From: an uncultured Pelagibacteraceae bacterium
GTDB taxonomy: Bacteria > Pseudomonadota > Alphaproteobacteria > Pelagibacterales > AG-422-B15
Direction of reading: 5' to 3'
Assembly: GCA_902588785.1 (NCBI GenBank)
Contig: CACIQL010000004.1
Span: forward strand, 9,726 to 73,725
Length of the DNA stretch: 64,000 bases
This document shows positions 50,805 to 64,000 of the stretch, one piece after another; within the stretch, counting starts at the first letter, position 1, and each line of letters starts with the position of its first letter. The translations under genes and the position numbers were made by a program. The notes beneath the pieces were generated by a model. It ran no database searches and had not been told where the DNA came from. It was given only the letters and a program-made list of their open reading frames with translations.

Positions 50805-52463
50805 TCAGATTCCTTTAAGTAGTTTAATTTTAACTTTATCCTCAAATATATTTTCCTGATCTAAATCTATGGCTTTCTGCCAATAAAAACGTGCTTCAAG
50901 TTCATTTCCTAGCTTCCAGAGCACATCACCATAATGATCATTTACAGTTGGATCGTATGGCATCATATCCATAGAAAACTCCAACAAAGACAGGGCTTCA
51001 TTATACTTACCAACTTTAAAATAATACCATGCAAGGCTATCAACTATGTATGGATCGTTTGGTTTCAATTCCATTGCTTGTTCTATCATAACTTTAGCCT
51101 CGGATATATTTTGATCCATATCGATATAAGAATATCCTAAATAATTGAGAACATCTGCTTGATCTTCAGATAGTTTCAATGATCTTTTTAAATTCTTTTC
51201 AGCTAACTTCCAATTTTTAGAACGTTCATGAACAATTCCAATATTAAAGTAAACTTCCCAAATGTTTTCTTTATCAAATTTTTTACCAAGCTTTAATGCA
51301 TAATCATAATTATCAATTGCATCAGACCAATTCTTCTCATAGCGGTGATAATTTCCAAGTGAAAGGTAAGCTTCAAAGCTATCATCAACCTCTACAAACG
51401 TATTTAAATTTTGAATTGCTTTATCGTTATTGCCCTCGTAGCTATATGCATCTGAAATTTGAATTGCAGCAAAATTTCCTAGATAATGCTTCTTTGGAAT
51501 ATAACTAAGCACCTCTCTTGCCTTATCATGATTCTCCAACTGGTTAAGAAAAGATGCAAATATATACTTTATCTCATGTAAATTAGGAGAGGTATCAATT
51601 GCTAGTTGATATAACATATGTGCAAGTTCTTCATTTAAATCTTCAATCAAAAGTTGTGAATTAAATAAAACCACTCCTATTCCTTGAAGAGGGTTTTGAA
51701 TAATCCTATTTTTATTTGAAGTTAAAAATTTATTTTTAAACTCTTCGTCGTACGAAGACAAAAACTCATCTGCAAAAGTATTTTTCTTCTCAGTCAAATT
51801 ATTTCGATGCAGAAAATTATAATATAGACGTAAAACGTATAAATCTCTTTGTACTGATAAAGATTGATCATAAAAAACCTCCGCCAATTCAATCTCATCA
51901 GCAAAGTCATAAATTAGAGCTTTATGCACAAGTGTTAGGTGTTGATGTTCACCTGTAGAAATTAAATCGATTAAGGCCATACTTTTGTCTATCGTATTAC
52001 TGTCGGCCCATACCCATGCTCTGAGTAGTCTTACAAACGTGCTATCGGATAAATTCCCTCTCCAAATACTAGCAAAACTTTGATCAGCAAAACCGGGCTT
52101 ATAAGAGTTTAAGTAAGAAATCCCATTAACAAGATGACCTTGTGGTGATTGATTATTCATGCAACATGAATTTACATTTTTATCACAGCCTGCTTTCGCT
52201 AGTTTAAAAGAGTAGTTATTTGCACTAAGTAAATCCCCATCCAGGATACTAAGCAACAACAATCTATCTAAAGCAAGTAAATCGTTTGGATTTGATCTAT
52301 GCAGCTTTTGATAATATCTCTTAGTTGTGCTGTAGTCATTTGAATCATTAGAAATTTTTGCAACCAAGTAATCGCCTACCTGAGGCGGAATAAATTGTGC
52401 TGCATAAAGATTAATGCTTGTAATATTAAATATTAGTAAAAATAAAATTGTTCTTATAAGCAT
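50805..52463 (-). CDS. Exported TPR-repeat protein
   Basis: Signal peptide, LNYLGYS, DSLAW and DHYGDVLW TPR motifs; usual neighbour of ispE. Confidence 0.9.
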   Translation of the reverse strand: MLIRTILFLLIFNITSINLYAAQFIPPQVGDYLVAKISNDSNDYSTTKRYYQKLHRSNPNDLLALDRLLLLSILDGDLLSANNYSFKLAKAGCDKNVNSCCMNNQSPQGHLVNGISYLNSYKPGFADQSFASIWRGNLSDSTFVRLLRAWVWADSNTIDKSMALIDLISTGEHQHLTLVHKALIYDFADEIELAEVFYDQSLSVQRDLYVLRLYYNFLHRNNLTEKKNTFADEFLSSYDEEFKNKFLTSNKNRIIQNPLQGIGVVLFNSQLLIEDLNEELAHMLYQLAIDTSPNLHEIKYIFASFLNQLENHDKAREVLSYIPKKHYLGNFAAIQISDAYSYEGNNDKAIQNLNTFVEVDDSFEAYLSLGNYHRYEKNWSDAIDNYDYALKLGKKFDKENIWEVYFNIGIVHERSKNWKLAEKNLKRSLKLSEDQADVLNYLGYSYIDMDQNISEAKVMIEQAMELKPNDPYIVDSLAWYYFKVGKYNEALSLLEFSMDMMPYDPTVNDHYGDVLWKLGNELEARFYWQKAIDLDQENIFEDKVKIKLLKGI

Positions 52464-52474
52464 AGACTTATGCT

Positions 52475-54121
52475 TTACATATTTGCATATTTTGGGCCGC
52501 CGCCACCCTCTGGTGTTACCCAGTTTATGTTTTGTGACGGTTCTTTAATATCGCATGTTTTGCAATGTATGCAGTTCTGACTATTAATTACAAATTTTGG
52601 ATCTGAACCATCATCATTTCTATGAACTTCATAAACACCTACTGGACAGTACCTTTGAGATGGCTCATCAAACTTTTCTAAAGTGTAACTAATTGGCAAT
52701 TCTTTATCCTTCAATTGGAGGTGAACAGGTTGATTTTCAGTATGATAAGTTCCAGTAAGAAATACCGAACTAGCCCTATCAAAAGTTAAAACGCCATCTG
52801 GTTTTGGATAATTTATTTTTTTTGCTTCTTTTGCATCTTCTAACATTTCATGATCAGCATGCTTATGCGATAGAGTAAAAGGAAGCTTTCCCATAAATAA
52901 CCACTGATCGATCCCTGTAAGTAAAATACCAAGGATATTTCCAAACCTTGTAAAGAAAGGTTTAACATTCCTAGCAGATTTTAATTCACTATAAACCCAA
53001 CTCTTTTTGAATAAAGCCTCGTAACAAGATAGATCATTCGACTTACCTGAAAGGAATTCATTAATAGCTTCAGCGGCAATCATTCCACTTTTCATGGCAG
53101 TATGAGTTCCTTTTATTTTTGGCATATTTAACGTACCGGCATCACAGCCTATTAATAATGCGCCCGGCATGTACATCTGAGGCAGACTTTGTATGCCGCC
53201 CTCAATCAATGCTCTGGCACCGTAGGATACTCTTTTCCCGCCACTTAACATTTTTTCTATTGCTGGATGTGTTTTAAACCTTTGAAATTCTTCAAAAGGT
53301 GACAAATAAGGATTCTTATAATCAAGTCCAACTACATACCCCAAAAATATTTGATTATTTTCTGCATGGTAAACAAAACTTCCTCCATAGGTTTTATTGT
53401 CTAAGGGCCAACCGGTTGAATGAAAGACTAAGCCTTCATCATGATTTTCTTCAGGTACCTCCCATATTTCTTTCAAACCAATTCCGTACTGTTGTGGGTC
53501 TGAATTTTTTGCGAGTTCAAACTTCTCTATTAATTGCTTACCTAAATGACCTCTACACCCCTCAGCAAATACTGTTGTTTTTGCGTGTAGCTCAATACCA
53601 GGCTCATAGGAGTCTTTTTTTTCATTATTTGCGTCCAGTCCCATGTCATTTGTGGCCACACCTCTTACTTTTCCATCTTCATCGTACAAAATTTCAGAAG
53701 CTGCAAAACCAGGATATATTTCAACTCCTAAGTTTTCAGCGATTTGTCCGAGCCATCTACACATGTTCGCAAGACTAGCAATGTAGTTTCCTTTATTGTG
53801 TTGAACGGGTGGTAATAAAAACGAGGGAACAGTAAAATGAGATTTTTCAAAAAGAAATAAAAACTTTTCTTTTGTGACTTTTGTTTTCAGAGGACAGCCG
53901 TCTATAGTTTTCCAATCTGGAAGAAGCTCATCAAGAGCTTTTGTTTCAAATACATTTCCACTTAATATATGGGCGCCAACCTCAGATGCTTTTTCTACAA
54001 TGCAGACATTAATTTCTGGGTTTATTTGTTTGAGTTTTATCGCGGTTGAAAGGCCTGAAGGACCTGCACCCACGATTACAACATCGTACTCCATTGATTC
54101 TCTTTGCTGAATAGTATCCAT
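52475..54121 (-). CDS. Electron transfer flavoprotein-ubiquinone oxidoreductase
   Basis: DVVIVGAGPSG, GAHILSG, KIKGTHTAM, YCPVGVYE and NCIHCKTCDIK. Confidence 0.97.
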   Translation of the reverse strand: MDTIQQRESMEYDVVIVGAGPSGLSTAIKLKQINPEINVCIVEKASEVGAHILSGNVFETKALDELLPDWKTIDGCPLKTKVTKEKFLFLFEKSHFTVPSFLLPPVQHNKGNYIASLANMCRWLGQIAENLGVEIYPGFAASEILYDEDGKVRGVATNDMGLDANNEKKDSYEPGIELHAKTTVFAEGCRGHLGKQLIEKFELAKNSDPQQYGIGLKEIWEVPEENHDEGLVFHSTGWPLDNKTYGGSFVYHAENNQIFLGYVVGLDYKNPYLSPFEEFQRFKTHPAIEKMLSGGKRVSYGARALIEGGIQSLPQMYMPGALLIGCDAGTLNMPKIKGTHTAMKSGMIAAEAINEFLSGKSNDLSCYEALFKKSWVYSELKSARNVKPFFTRFGNILGILLTGIDQWLFMGKLPFTLSHKHADHEMLEDAKEAKKINYPKPDGVLTFDRASSVFLTGTYHTENQPVHLQLKDKELPISYTLEKFDEPSQRYCPVGVYEVHRNDDGSDPKFVINSQNCIHCKTCDIKEPSQNINWVTPEGGGGPKYANM

Positions 54122-54161
54122 AATTAACTATATATTTAGTTTATAGCTATTATAATTCAAT

Positions 54162-54917
54162 TTGTTTATGACCGATGCAAAAGTTCAAAATACTCTAAAG
54201 CAGCTCAACCGCCTAAAGATGAGCGGGGTGAATGAAAACATTGGAAATACCCCAAAAAATCGCTACGGAACTAAAAAATCATTGAAATCAAAAACTAGTG
54301 ACAGCTCTATATCTGTTAATAACTCATCGATTGAGGATCAAAAAACTATCAACTCACTAGAATCATTAGATTTATTGAAAGACTTCATGGCAAATTATGA
54401 CAAATGTAAGCTTCACGAAAGTGCAACGAATATGGTGTTTTCTGATGGAAACCCAAAATCAGAAATTATGCTTATTGGTGAAGCTCCTGGCCATGATGAG
54501 GATATTCAAGGAAAACCCTTTGTTGGTAGAAGCGGTAAACTCTTAGATAAAATGCTTGAGGCGATAAACCTTAATCGAGAAAAGGTATATATTGCAAATA
54601 TTGTACCTTGGAGACCTCCTAATAACAGACGGCCAACAGATGAAGAAATAGATATGTGTCTGCCAATGATTAAGAAACATATAGAGTTGATTAATCCTAA
54701 AGCAATATTGCTATTAGGATCAACAGCGACTTATGCACTTATTAGAAATACTGAAGGAATAACAAAGATTAGGGGTAAATGGGTAAATATTGAAATTAAT
54801 AAAAAACAATATCCCACCCTGCCCACTTTTCACCCTGCTTTTTTATTAAGGCAACCTGGACAAAAAAAATATTCGTGGGAGGACTTAAAAAGTCTTAAGA
54901 AAAAAGTTGAGTCATAA
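54162..54917 (+). CDS. Uracil-DNA glycosylase, family 4 type
   Basis: IGEAPG, PFVGRSG, RPPNNR and TFHPAFLLR. Confidence 0.93.
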   Translation: MFMTDAKVQNTLKQLNRLKMSGVNENIGNTPKNRYGTKKSLKSKTSDSSISVNNSSIEDQKTINSLESLDLLKDFMANYDKCKLHESATNMVFSDGNPKSEIMLIGEAPGHDEDIQGKPFVGRSGKLLDKMLEAINLNREKVYIANIVPWRPPNNRRPTDEEIDMCLPMIKKHIELINPKAILLLGSTATYALIRNTEGITKIRGKWVNIEINKKQYPTLPTFHPAFLLRQPGQKKYSWEDLKSLKKKVES

Positions 54918-55521
54918 TTTTAACAATCAAATCAATTTGTTGGATTTTGAAAAAAATTTTAATTGTCCAGTTGCTGGTGTTGATGAGGTAGGACGTGGTC
55001 CTTTAGCCGGACCAGTAGTGGCAGCAGCAGTAATTTTGGATAAAAACAACCTTCCTGCAGGTATTAGAGATTCAAAAAAAATATCAAAAAATAAAAGAGA
55101 AATAATTGCAGAGAAAATTAAATTAAACAGTCATTATGCATATGGAGAGGCGTCAGTAGAAGAAATTGATAATTTAAATATTTTACAAGCTTCGTTACTT
55201 GCAATGAAAAGAGCTATTGAGTCTCTAAAAATAGTACCATCAATGTCTCTTATTGATGGAATATATACACCTAAAGTTGATTTAACATGCAAACCAATTG
55301 TTAAAGGTGACAGTAAATCAATTTCAATTGCTGCAGCTTCAATTCTAGCCAAAGTTTACAGAGATAAGATTATGACTAAGCTTGCTAAAAGATATCCTGA
55401 ATATTCACTTGAAAAAAATTCAGGATATGGAACAAAAGAGCACCTTTCGGCTCTGAAATCTCATGGAATTACCCCTATCCATCGAAAAAGTTTCAAACCC
55501 GTCTACAATATATTGAATTAA
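54907..55521 (+). CDS. rnhB: Ribonuclease HII
   Basis: GVDEVGRGPLAGPVV, DSKK, IDG, KGD and SIAAASILAKV. Confidence 0.98.
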   Translation: MSHNFNNQINLLDFEKNFNCPVAGVDEVGRGPLAGPVVAAAVILDKNNLPAGIRDSKKISKNKREIIAEKIKLNSHYAYGEASVEEIDNLNILQASLLAMKRAIESLKIVPSMSLIDGIYTPKVDLTCKPIVKGDSKSISIAAASILAKVYRDKIMTKLAKRYPEYSLEKNSGYGTKEHLSALKSHGITPIHRKSFKPVYNILN

Positions 55522-55540
55522 GAAAATAAATTAAGTTATT

Positions 55541-57736
<2,196 letters not shown>

Positions 57737-57757
57737 TTTCGTGTTACTTTATTTTTT

Positions 57758-58225
57758 ATGTTTCAAAAGAAATTAAAAGGCCCTCAAATATTATCAAATC
57801 TTCTTCCAGAAGAAGCAAAGAAAATCCTTAAATCAAGAGGTTTTTCAGAGTTAGAAGTCTTAGCAAATTGGGAGAGAATTGTAGGCAAAAAGTTTGCAAA
57901 ATTAACCATTCCATTACGGCTTAAAATAGGTAAGAGCAGTGAAAAAAATAATGGTAAATTAATTGTTAAAGTTGATAGAAGTGTGGCTTTTGCGTTTGAG
58001 CACGAGCGAGAGAAAATAATTAAAAAAATTAATCTTTTTTTTGGCTATGAAGTGATCAACAAAGTTGAAATAATACAAGAATCAATAAAGGTTAAAAAAA
58101 CAATTAAAATCAATAAATTAGAAAGTGATATTAAGAACCAAAGTAAGAATTATGATGAACTAAAAAAATATCCTGATCTTAGAAGAAACTTTGAAAAAAT
58201 CGCTTCAAAAATTTTAAAGTCCTAA
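57758..58225 (+). CDS. DciA / DUF721 family helicase-loading factor
   Basis: WERIVG...P...L...KINLFFG...I.Q pattern; conserved mutY/DUF721/DsbA/smc synteny. Confidence 0.8.
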   Translation: MFQKKLKGPQILSNLLPEEAKKILKSRGFSELEVLANWERIVGKKFAKLTIPLRLKIGKSSEKNNGKLIVKVDRSVAFAFEHEREKIIKKINLFFGYEVINKVEIIQESIKVKKTIKINKLESDIKNQSKNYDELKKYPDLRRNFEKIASKILKS

Positions 58226-58285
58226 TTCAAACAAAATTTTCTGCTACTCCAACAGAGTAATAAATCCTATTAAAATAAGGAAAAA

Positions 58286-58963
58286 TTGAGTATATTCAAC
58301 ATGTTGTATATATATAAAAAAAACAAGCAAAATATGGGTTTTAAATCTAATTTTTTATTCAGTACTAGTTTTATTGTATTTCTATTTGCGTTGATGTTTT
58401 CAATTAATGGATTGTATGCCAGCAGTACATTAAAGGGTATGCAGTTAGGTGATAGCGACGCACCAGTGAAAATTATTGAATATAGATCTCTCACTTGCAG
58501 TCATTGCGCAGACTTTAGTAATGACACCTTTGCAGAAATTAAAGAAAATTATATCGATAAAGGTAAAGTGAATTTTGAATTGAGACCTTTCGCTCTCAAT
58601 GCGATTGATCTTAACGCTTTTAAATTACTTCATTGTGTTGATGAAAATGATTTTTTTGCAATGGACAAAATTTTGTTTAAAGATCAAAAAAAATGGATTG
58701 TAACTAATCAGAGCGATAAAGTACTAGAAAACAGCACTAATGCACTTAAGAATTACGGGGCCCTATTCGGCGTATCTGAGGAGGCGTTTAATAGCTGTAT
58801 GGAAAATGAGAATATTACTGATTTTATACTGGAGCAGCGCATAGAGGGTGTTGAGGAGTATGATATATCTTCAACTCCAACTTTCATAATCAATGGTGAA
58901 ATTTATGCAGGTAATATGTCGATTAATGAATTTGATGAAATAATTGAAAAAGAAATTAATTAA
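58286..58963 (+). CDS. DsbA-family thiol-disulfide oxidoreductase (start probably downstream, about 58334)
   Basis: APVKIIEY...TCSHCADF (CxxC) and STPTFIING. Confidence 0.92.
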   Translation: MSIFNMLYIYKKNKQNMGFKSNFLFSTSFIVFLFALMFSINGLYASSTLKGMQLGDSDAPVKIIEYRSLTCSHCADFSNDTFAEIKENYIDKGKVNFELRPFALNAIDLNAFKLLHCVDENDFFAMDKILFKDQKKWIVTNQSDKVLENSTNALKNYGALFGVSEEAFNSCMENENITDFILEQRIEGVEEYDISSTPTFIINGEIYAGNMSINEFDEIIEKEIN

Positions 58964-61554
58964 TGAAATTTAAAAAAATAAAAATTTTAGGTTTTAAATC
59001 ATTTGTTGATCCTACTGAATTAGACATCGATGAGGGATTAACAGGCATAGTTGGTCCTAATGGATGTGGTAAATCAAATGTTGTTGAGTCCCTAAGATGG
59101 TGCATGGGAGAAACCTCTGCAAAAAGCATGAGGGGTTCAGGAATGGAAGATGTAATTTTTTCTGGTACATCAGATAGACCAGCAAGAAATAATGCTGAAG
59201 TAACAATCTATCTTGATAATGAGGAAAGAAACGCGCCGTCTGAATTTAATGATCAAAACGAAATTCAAGTTAAAAGAAAAATAGAAGTTGAAAAGGGATC
59301 AGATTATAAAATTAATGGTAAAGACGTTAGAGCCAGAGATGTACAAAGATTATTTGCAGATTTATCTACAGGAGCTCATTCTCCATCCTTGATCAGCCAA
59401 GGACGCGTAGGTTCATTAATAAATGCTAAACCTATAGATAGACGCTCGGTATTAGAAGAAGCGGCAGGAATATCTGGGTTACATTCGCGAAGACATGAAG
59501 CAGAGCTAAAATTGAAAGGCGCAGAAACTAATCTTCAAAGGGTTAAGGATTTGATGAAACAATTAAATAATCAAATCAATAGTCTTAAAAAACAAGCTGA
59601 ACAAGCTGAAACCTACCGCTCAGTATCGTCTGAAATTAACAAATTAGAGGGTATCGTTTTATTCCTAAAGTGGACATCTTTAAAAGAGTCTTATGAAAAG
59701 TCAGATGAGAATTTAAGATCAAGTGAGTCTCAAATCCAAAAATTTACGTTGCAGGTAACTCAGGCTACTAATGAACAATTAAGAGCCAATGAGAAAATTA
59801 AGCCTTTAAGAGATAAAGAGATTGAGTCTGCGGCAAAATTAAATCGTATTAATCTCGAGAGAGAGTCATTGGATCATGAGGAAGAACGAATAAAAGAAGA
59901 AAAAAGAAATCTTGAAAACGTGATACAACAAATAATCAGTGATAGTGAGAGGGAGCAGTTTCAACTGGAAGATGCTAAAAAAGACCTTGATTTACTTAAT
60001 GCAAGAAAAGATCTCTCTAATAACGAAGAGTTTCAAGAAATAAACAATGAAACAATTGATCAGCTTAAGTCAGAAAAGGATACTTTGGAAACAGAGATTT
60101 CAAATCTTGAGCAACAAATAGAACAATATAATCAGATTAAAAATTCTAAAAGAGATGATTGGCAAGACACTTTGATTAAAGCAGAAAATTTGAAATCAAG
60201 GCAATCAACTTTAAAAGACGTAGAAGGTTATGATGACCCTGAGAAATGGACAAATATATTTAAAGAAAAATTTTACAATGATCTTGGTGAAATCAGTGAG
60301 AAAGTGGATCAAGCAAGCAATATTTCAGATGAAGCTAAGGCAAATTATGACAGAGCAAGTAATGAGGCAAAAAATGCAGCAACATTATCAATGGAATTAA
60401 GAGAAAAACTCAGACAAAAAGACGTTGAACAAAAACAAAGTGATTGGACATATGAATTTCAGAGATTGAATAAAACAATTAAGTCATCTCAAGAACAAAT
60501 CGAAACATTGCAAAAAAGAAAAATAAAAACTGAGCAAGAGCTAGAGAAAATCTCTAATCGCCCAGAAGAAATTGCCCAGAGAAGAGGTCAATTAATTGAA
60601 ACAAAAGGCTTTGCAGAGACAGAAAGACAGTTTGCAGCTGATCGTTTAGCTGAAGCTGATAATGAATTAAAAAAAATTGAGACTAATTTAAGAAAAGCCC
60701 AAAATGATCTCGCTAACATAAGAGAGTCTAAAGGAAGAACAGAAGCAACAAAAGAATTAGCTGAATCAAGATTAAAAGAATTAGAATACGAGTCAAAAGA
60801 GAAATTTAACTGTATTCCTAGTGAAATTGTAAATTCTCTCTCTATATCAGATGATCTTGAAACTATGAGAGCTAACCTCGAAAGAACTGAGATGAGACTT
60901 GATCGACTTAAGCAGCAGCGTGAAACAATGGGTGCTGTGAATCTAAGGGCAGATTTGGAAACAAAAGAAATAGATGAAGAACTTGAAAAAATGACCACTG
61001 AAAAAGAAGATTTAGAAAACGCAATCAAAAAAATGAGGGAGTCTATAGAAGATTTAAATAAAGAAGGTAGAACAAGACTGCTTGGAGCGTTTAAAACTGT
61101 AAACACACATTTCAAAGAAGTTTTTGTAAAATTATTTAACGGTGGAAAAGCGCACCTTGAACTTATAGACTCTGATGATCCACTTGAAGCAGGGCTTGAA
61201 ATGATGGTAAGTCCACCAGGTAAAAAACTTCAGTCAATGTCATTGTTATCTGGTGGGGAACAGGCACTAACAGCATTATCTCTAATCTTCGCTGTATTTT
61301 TAACAAATCCTTCGCCAATTTGTGTACTTGATGAGGTTGATGCGCCGCTGGATGATGCAAACGTCGATAGATTTTGTGGTCTTTTAGATGACATTACAGA
61401 AAAAACGAATACCAAGTTCTTAATTATAACTCACCACGCGCTCACAATGTCGAGAATGGATAGATTGTTTGGAGTAACCATGGCTGAACGAGGCGTCAGT
61501 CAGATTGTCTCTGTAGATCTTAAAAAAGCTGAAGAGATTGGAGCTGTTGCCTAG
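58963..61554 (+). CDS. smc: Chromosome partition protein Smc, short form without a recognisable hinge
   Basis: GFKSF, GPNGCGKSN Walker A, SQG Q-loop, LSGGE signature, LDEVDAPLD and ITH; only 863 aa. Confidence 0.93.
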   Translation: MKFKKIKILGFKSFVDPTELDIDEGLTGIVGPNGCGKSNVVESLRWCMGETSAKSMRGSGMEDVIFSGTSDRPARNNAEVTIYLDNEERNAPSEFNDQNEIQVKRKIEVEKGSDYKINGKDVRARDVQRLFADLSTGAHSPSLISQGRVGSLINAKPIDRRSVLEEAAGISGLHSRRHEAELKLKGAETNLQRVKDLMKQLNNQINSLKKQAEQAETYRSVSSEINKLEGIVLFLKWTSLKESYEKSDENLRSSESQIQKFTLQVTQATNEQLRANEKIKPLRDKEIESAAKLNRINLERESLDHEEERIKEEKRNLENVIQQIISDSEREQFQLEDAKKDLDLLNARKDLSNNEEFQEINNETIDQLKSEKDTLETEISNLEQQIEQYNQIKNSKRDDWQDTLIKAENLKSRQSTLKDVEGYDDPEKWTNIFKEKFYNDLGEISEKVDQASNISDEAKANYDRASNEAKNAATLSMELREKLRQKDVEQKQSDWTYEFQRLNKTIKSSQEQIETLQKRKIKTEQELEKISNRPEEIAQRRGQLIETKGFAETERQFAADRLAEADNELKKIETNLRKAQNDLANIRESKGRTEATKELAESRLKELEYESKEKFNCIPSEIVNSLSISDDLETMRANLERTEMRLDRLKQQRETMGAVNLRADLETKEIDEELEKMTTEKEDLENAIKKMRESIEDLNKEGRTRLLGAFKTVNTHFKEVFVKLFNGGKAHLELIDSDDPLEAGLEMMVSPPGKKLQSMSLLSGGEQALTALSLIFAVFLTNPSPICVLDEVDAPLDDANVDRFCGLLDDITEKTNTKFLIITHHALTMSRMDRLFGVTMAERGVSQIVSVDLKKAEEIGAVA

Positions 61555-61837
61555 TATATTGAAGATGAATAATGATGCTAATTCTCTTGAAAATAGAATA
61601 AAAAAAGCAAAAGAAGGCCAGTCTATTAAAGAAGCTAAAGCCCCCAAACCATTCGGTAAAATCATGAAAGTAGTGGTTGAAATTGTCGCAGCAATGGCTG
61701 TTGGACTAGGAATTGGTTTGCTGATTGACAATTATTTTAATACAAGACCCATCTTCACATTAATTTTCTTTCTCTTAGGTAGTGCAGCAGGAATTCTTAA
61801 CGTTTTTAGGGTTGCAAAAAGTCTTCAAAATAACTAA
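61538..61837 (+). CDS. atpI: ATP synthase protein I (AtpZ/AtpI-type; probable start 61565)
   Basis: Two TM segments, IGLLIDNYFNTRP and LGSAAGILNV; first gene of the F0 operon. Confidence 0.88.
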   Translation: MELLPSILKMNNDANSLENRIKKAKEGQSIKEAKAPKPFGKIMKVVVEIVAAMAVGLGIGLLIDNYFNTRPIFTLIFFLLGSAAGILNVFRVAKSLQNN

Positions 61838-61848
61838 AAAATATATCG

Positions 61849-62840
<992 letters not shown>

Positions 62841-62845
62841 GAAAA

Positions 62846-63397
62846 GTGAAAATCTTATTAAAAGCTTTTCTATTAACTGCGCCAATTAATTTTGTATATG
62901 CTGCAGAGGGCCAGAAATCTGCTGGTCTTCCGCAGATGGATATTGCTACATTTCCATCTCAATTATTTTGGCTTGTAATTACGTTTTCACTTTTATACCT
63001 GTTTATGTGGAAATTTGTAATACCAAGGTTAGGCGCAACAATTGAAGAAAGAAGAGATAAGATTTCAAATGACATCAATGATGCTGATAATCTTAATACA
63101 GAAGCAACTGATATATTAAAAAAATATGATGAGCAAATGGCAAGTGCATCACAAGAATCAAATGAGATTATCACTAATTCTAAAAAAGCAATGCTTGATC
63201 ATTTAGAAACGCTTAAAAAAGAAAATGAAGAAAAAGTTAACTCCCTAATCTCTGAGTCTCAGGCTAAAATAAAAGCTCAAGAAGAAAAATCTAAGATTGA
63301 AATAAGAAATGCAACGTTAGATACCGTTAAAGCTATTGTATCAAGATATATTGAAAATATTCCTTCAGATGAGGAAATAAATAAGAAATTAAACTAA
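62846..63397 (+). CDS. ATP synthase F0 subunit b'
   Basis: GLPQMD...SQLFWL TM segment followed by a coiled coil. Confidence 0.93.
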   Translation: MKILLKAFLLTAPINFVYAAEGQKSAGLPQMDIATFPSQLFWLVITFSLLYLFMWKFVIPRLGATIEERRDKISNDINDADNLNTEATDILKKYDEQMASASQESNEIITNSKKAMLDHLETLKKENEEKVNSLISESQAKIKAQEEKSKIEIRNATLDTVKAIVSRYIENIPSDEEINKKLN

Positions 63398-63413
63398 TGC
63401 TAGGAACTATTTA

Positions 63414-63908
63414 ATGTCATCATTCTTTTCAGATCCATCGTCTTGGGTATTAGTAGCTTTTATAATATTTGTCATAATTGCGCTTGTAATTAAAGCGCCA
63501 TCAATGATTGCGAAACTTCTTGATGGTGAAATTGATAAAATCAAATCTGAGTTAGATAATGCCCGAAAATTAAAAGAAGAAGCGAATTCTCTTTTAGCCG
63601 ATTACGAGAGAAAGGTTCAGTCTGCTGATGAGGAAGCAAAAGCAATTATTGATCAAGCAAAGGAAATTGCAAAGAATCACGAAGAAGAGTCAAAATTAAA
63701 AGCAGAAGAATTTATCAAAAGAGCCGAGCAGCAAGCCATAGAAAAGATATCAAGGGCTGAAAAAATGGCTATATCAAAAGTTAATGACGAGATTGTAAAT
63801 AACTCAGTAAATATTGCTGAGAAAATTATCTTAGAAAACATCAACGACCAAAGTGCAGATAAGCTTGTAAAACAATCAATCGGTCAAATAAGTAAACTTA
63901 AGGTATAA
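63414..63908 (+). CDS. atpF: ATP synthase F0 subunit b
   Basis: WVLVAFIIF TM, LDGEIDKIKSELDNARKLKEEA coiled coil. Confidence 0.93.
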   Translation: MSSFFSDPSSWVLVAFIIFVIIALVIKAPSMIAKLLDGEIDKIKSELDNARKLKEEANSLLADYERKVQSADEEAKAIIDQAKEIAKNHEEESKLKAEEFIKRAEQQAIEKISRAEKMAISKVNDEIVNNSVNIAEKIILENINDQSADKLVKQSIGQISKLKV

Positions 63909-63948
63909 TTTATTATTTATATCTCTCTTTCTAAGCTATAAATAAATT

Positions 63949-64000
63949 ATGGCAGTCTATACGCACATATCTAGAGAAGAACTGGATCTTTTTACTGATC
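63949..64000 (+). CDS. thrB: Homoserine kinase (type II), 5' fragment at the window edge
   Basis: ATG at 63949 reads MAVYTHISREELDLFTD; the MAVYT start is typical of type II ThrB. Only 17 codons are visible. Confidence 0.6.
   Translation, partial: MAVYTHISREELDLFTD

Noticed and set aside
55518-55534. CtrA box upstream of ccrM
   Set aside because: The TTAA half-sites are 9 bp apart, not the canonical 7.

Overview
A very gene-dense, AT-rich 64-kb chromosomal segment of a streamlined, probably marine alphaproteobacterium (Pelagibacterales- or HIMB59-like, inferred from gene order and protein style, not from a search). Most of it is core genome in typical alphaproteobacterial order: rpoD-dnaG-yqeY, carAB, trxB, uvrB/uvrC, ilvE, petPR-like regulators, lgt-prs-rplY-pth-ychF, petABC, hemF, cca, ispE, ETF-QO, rnhB-ccrM, mutY, dciA-dsbA-smc and the F0 ATP synthase operon. 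It has two tRNAs, Ile2/Met-CAT and Gln-TTG. The left 8.5 kb is an accessory region downstream of the CAT tRNA. It contains a 1,221-bp, integrase-less, single-gene cassette bounded by a perfect 46-48 bp duplication of the tRNA 3' half. The cassette has arm-type-like repeats inside both ends and an IHF-like site at the tRNA end, and it encodes a small protein with a YadA-like anchor and an unusual C-terminal coiled coil. Other points of interest are an 863-aa Smc with no recognisable hinge or zinc hook, three GANTC sites in the ccrM promoter, a RegA/PrrA-like palindrome upstream of petABC, a perfect DnaA box upstream of a purine permease, and a 49-aa unannotated ORF. No CRISPR array, rRNA, transposase or integrase was seen.
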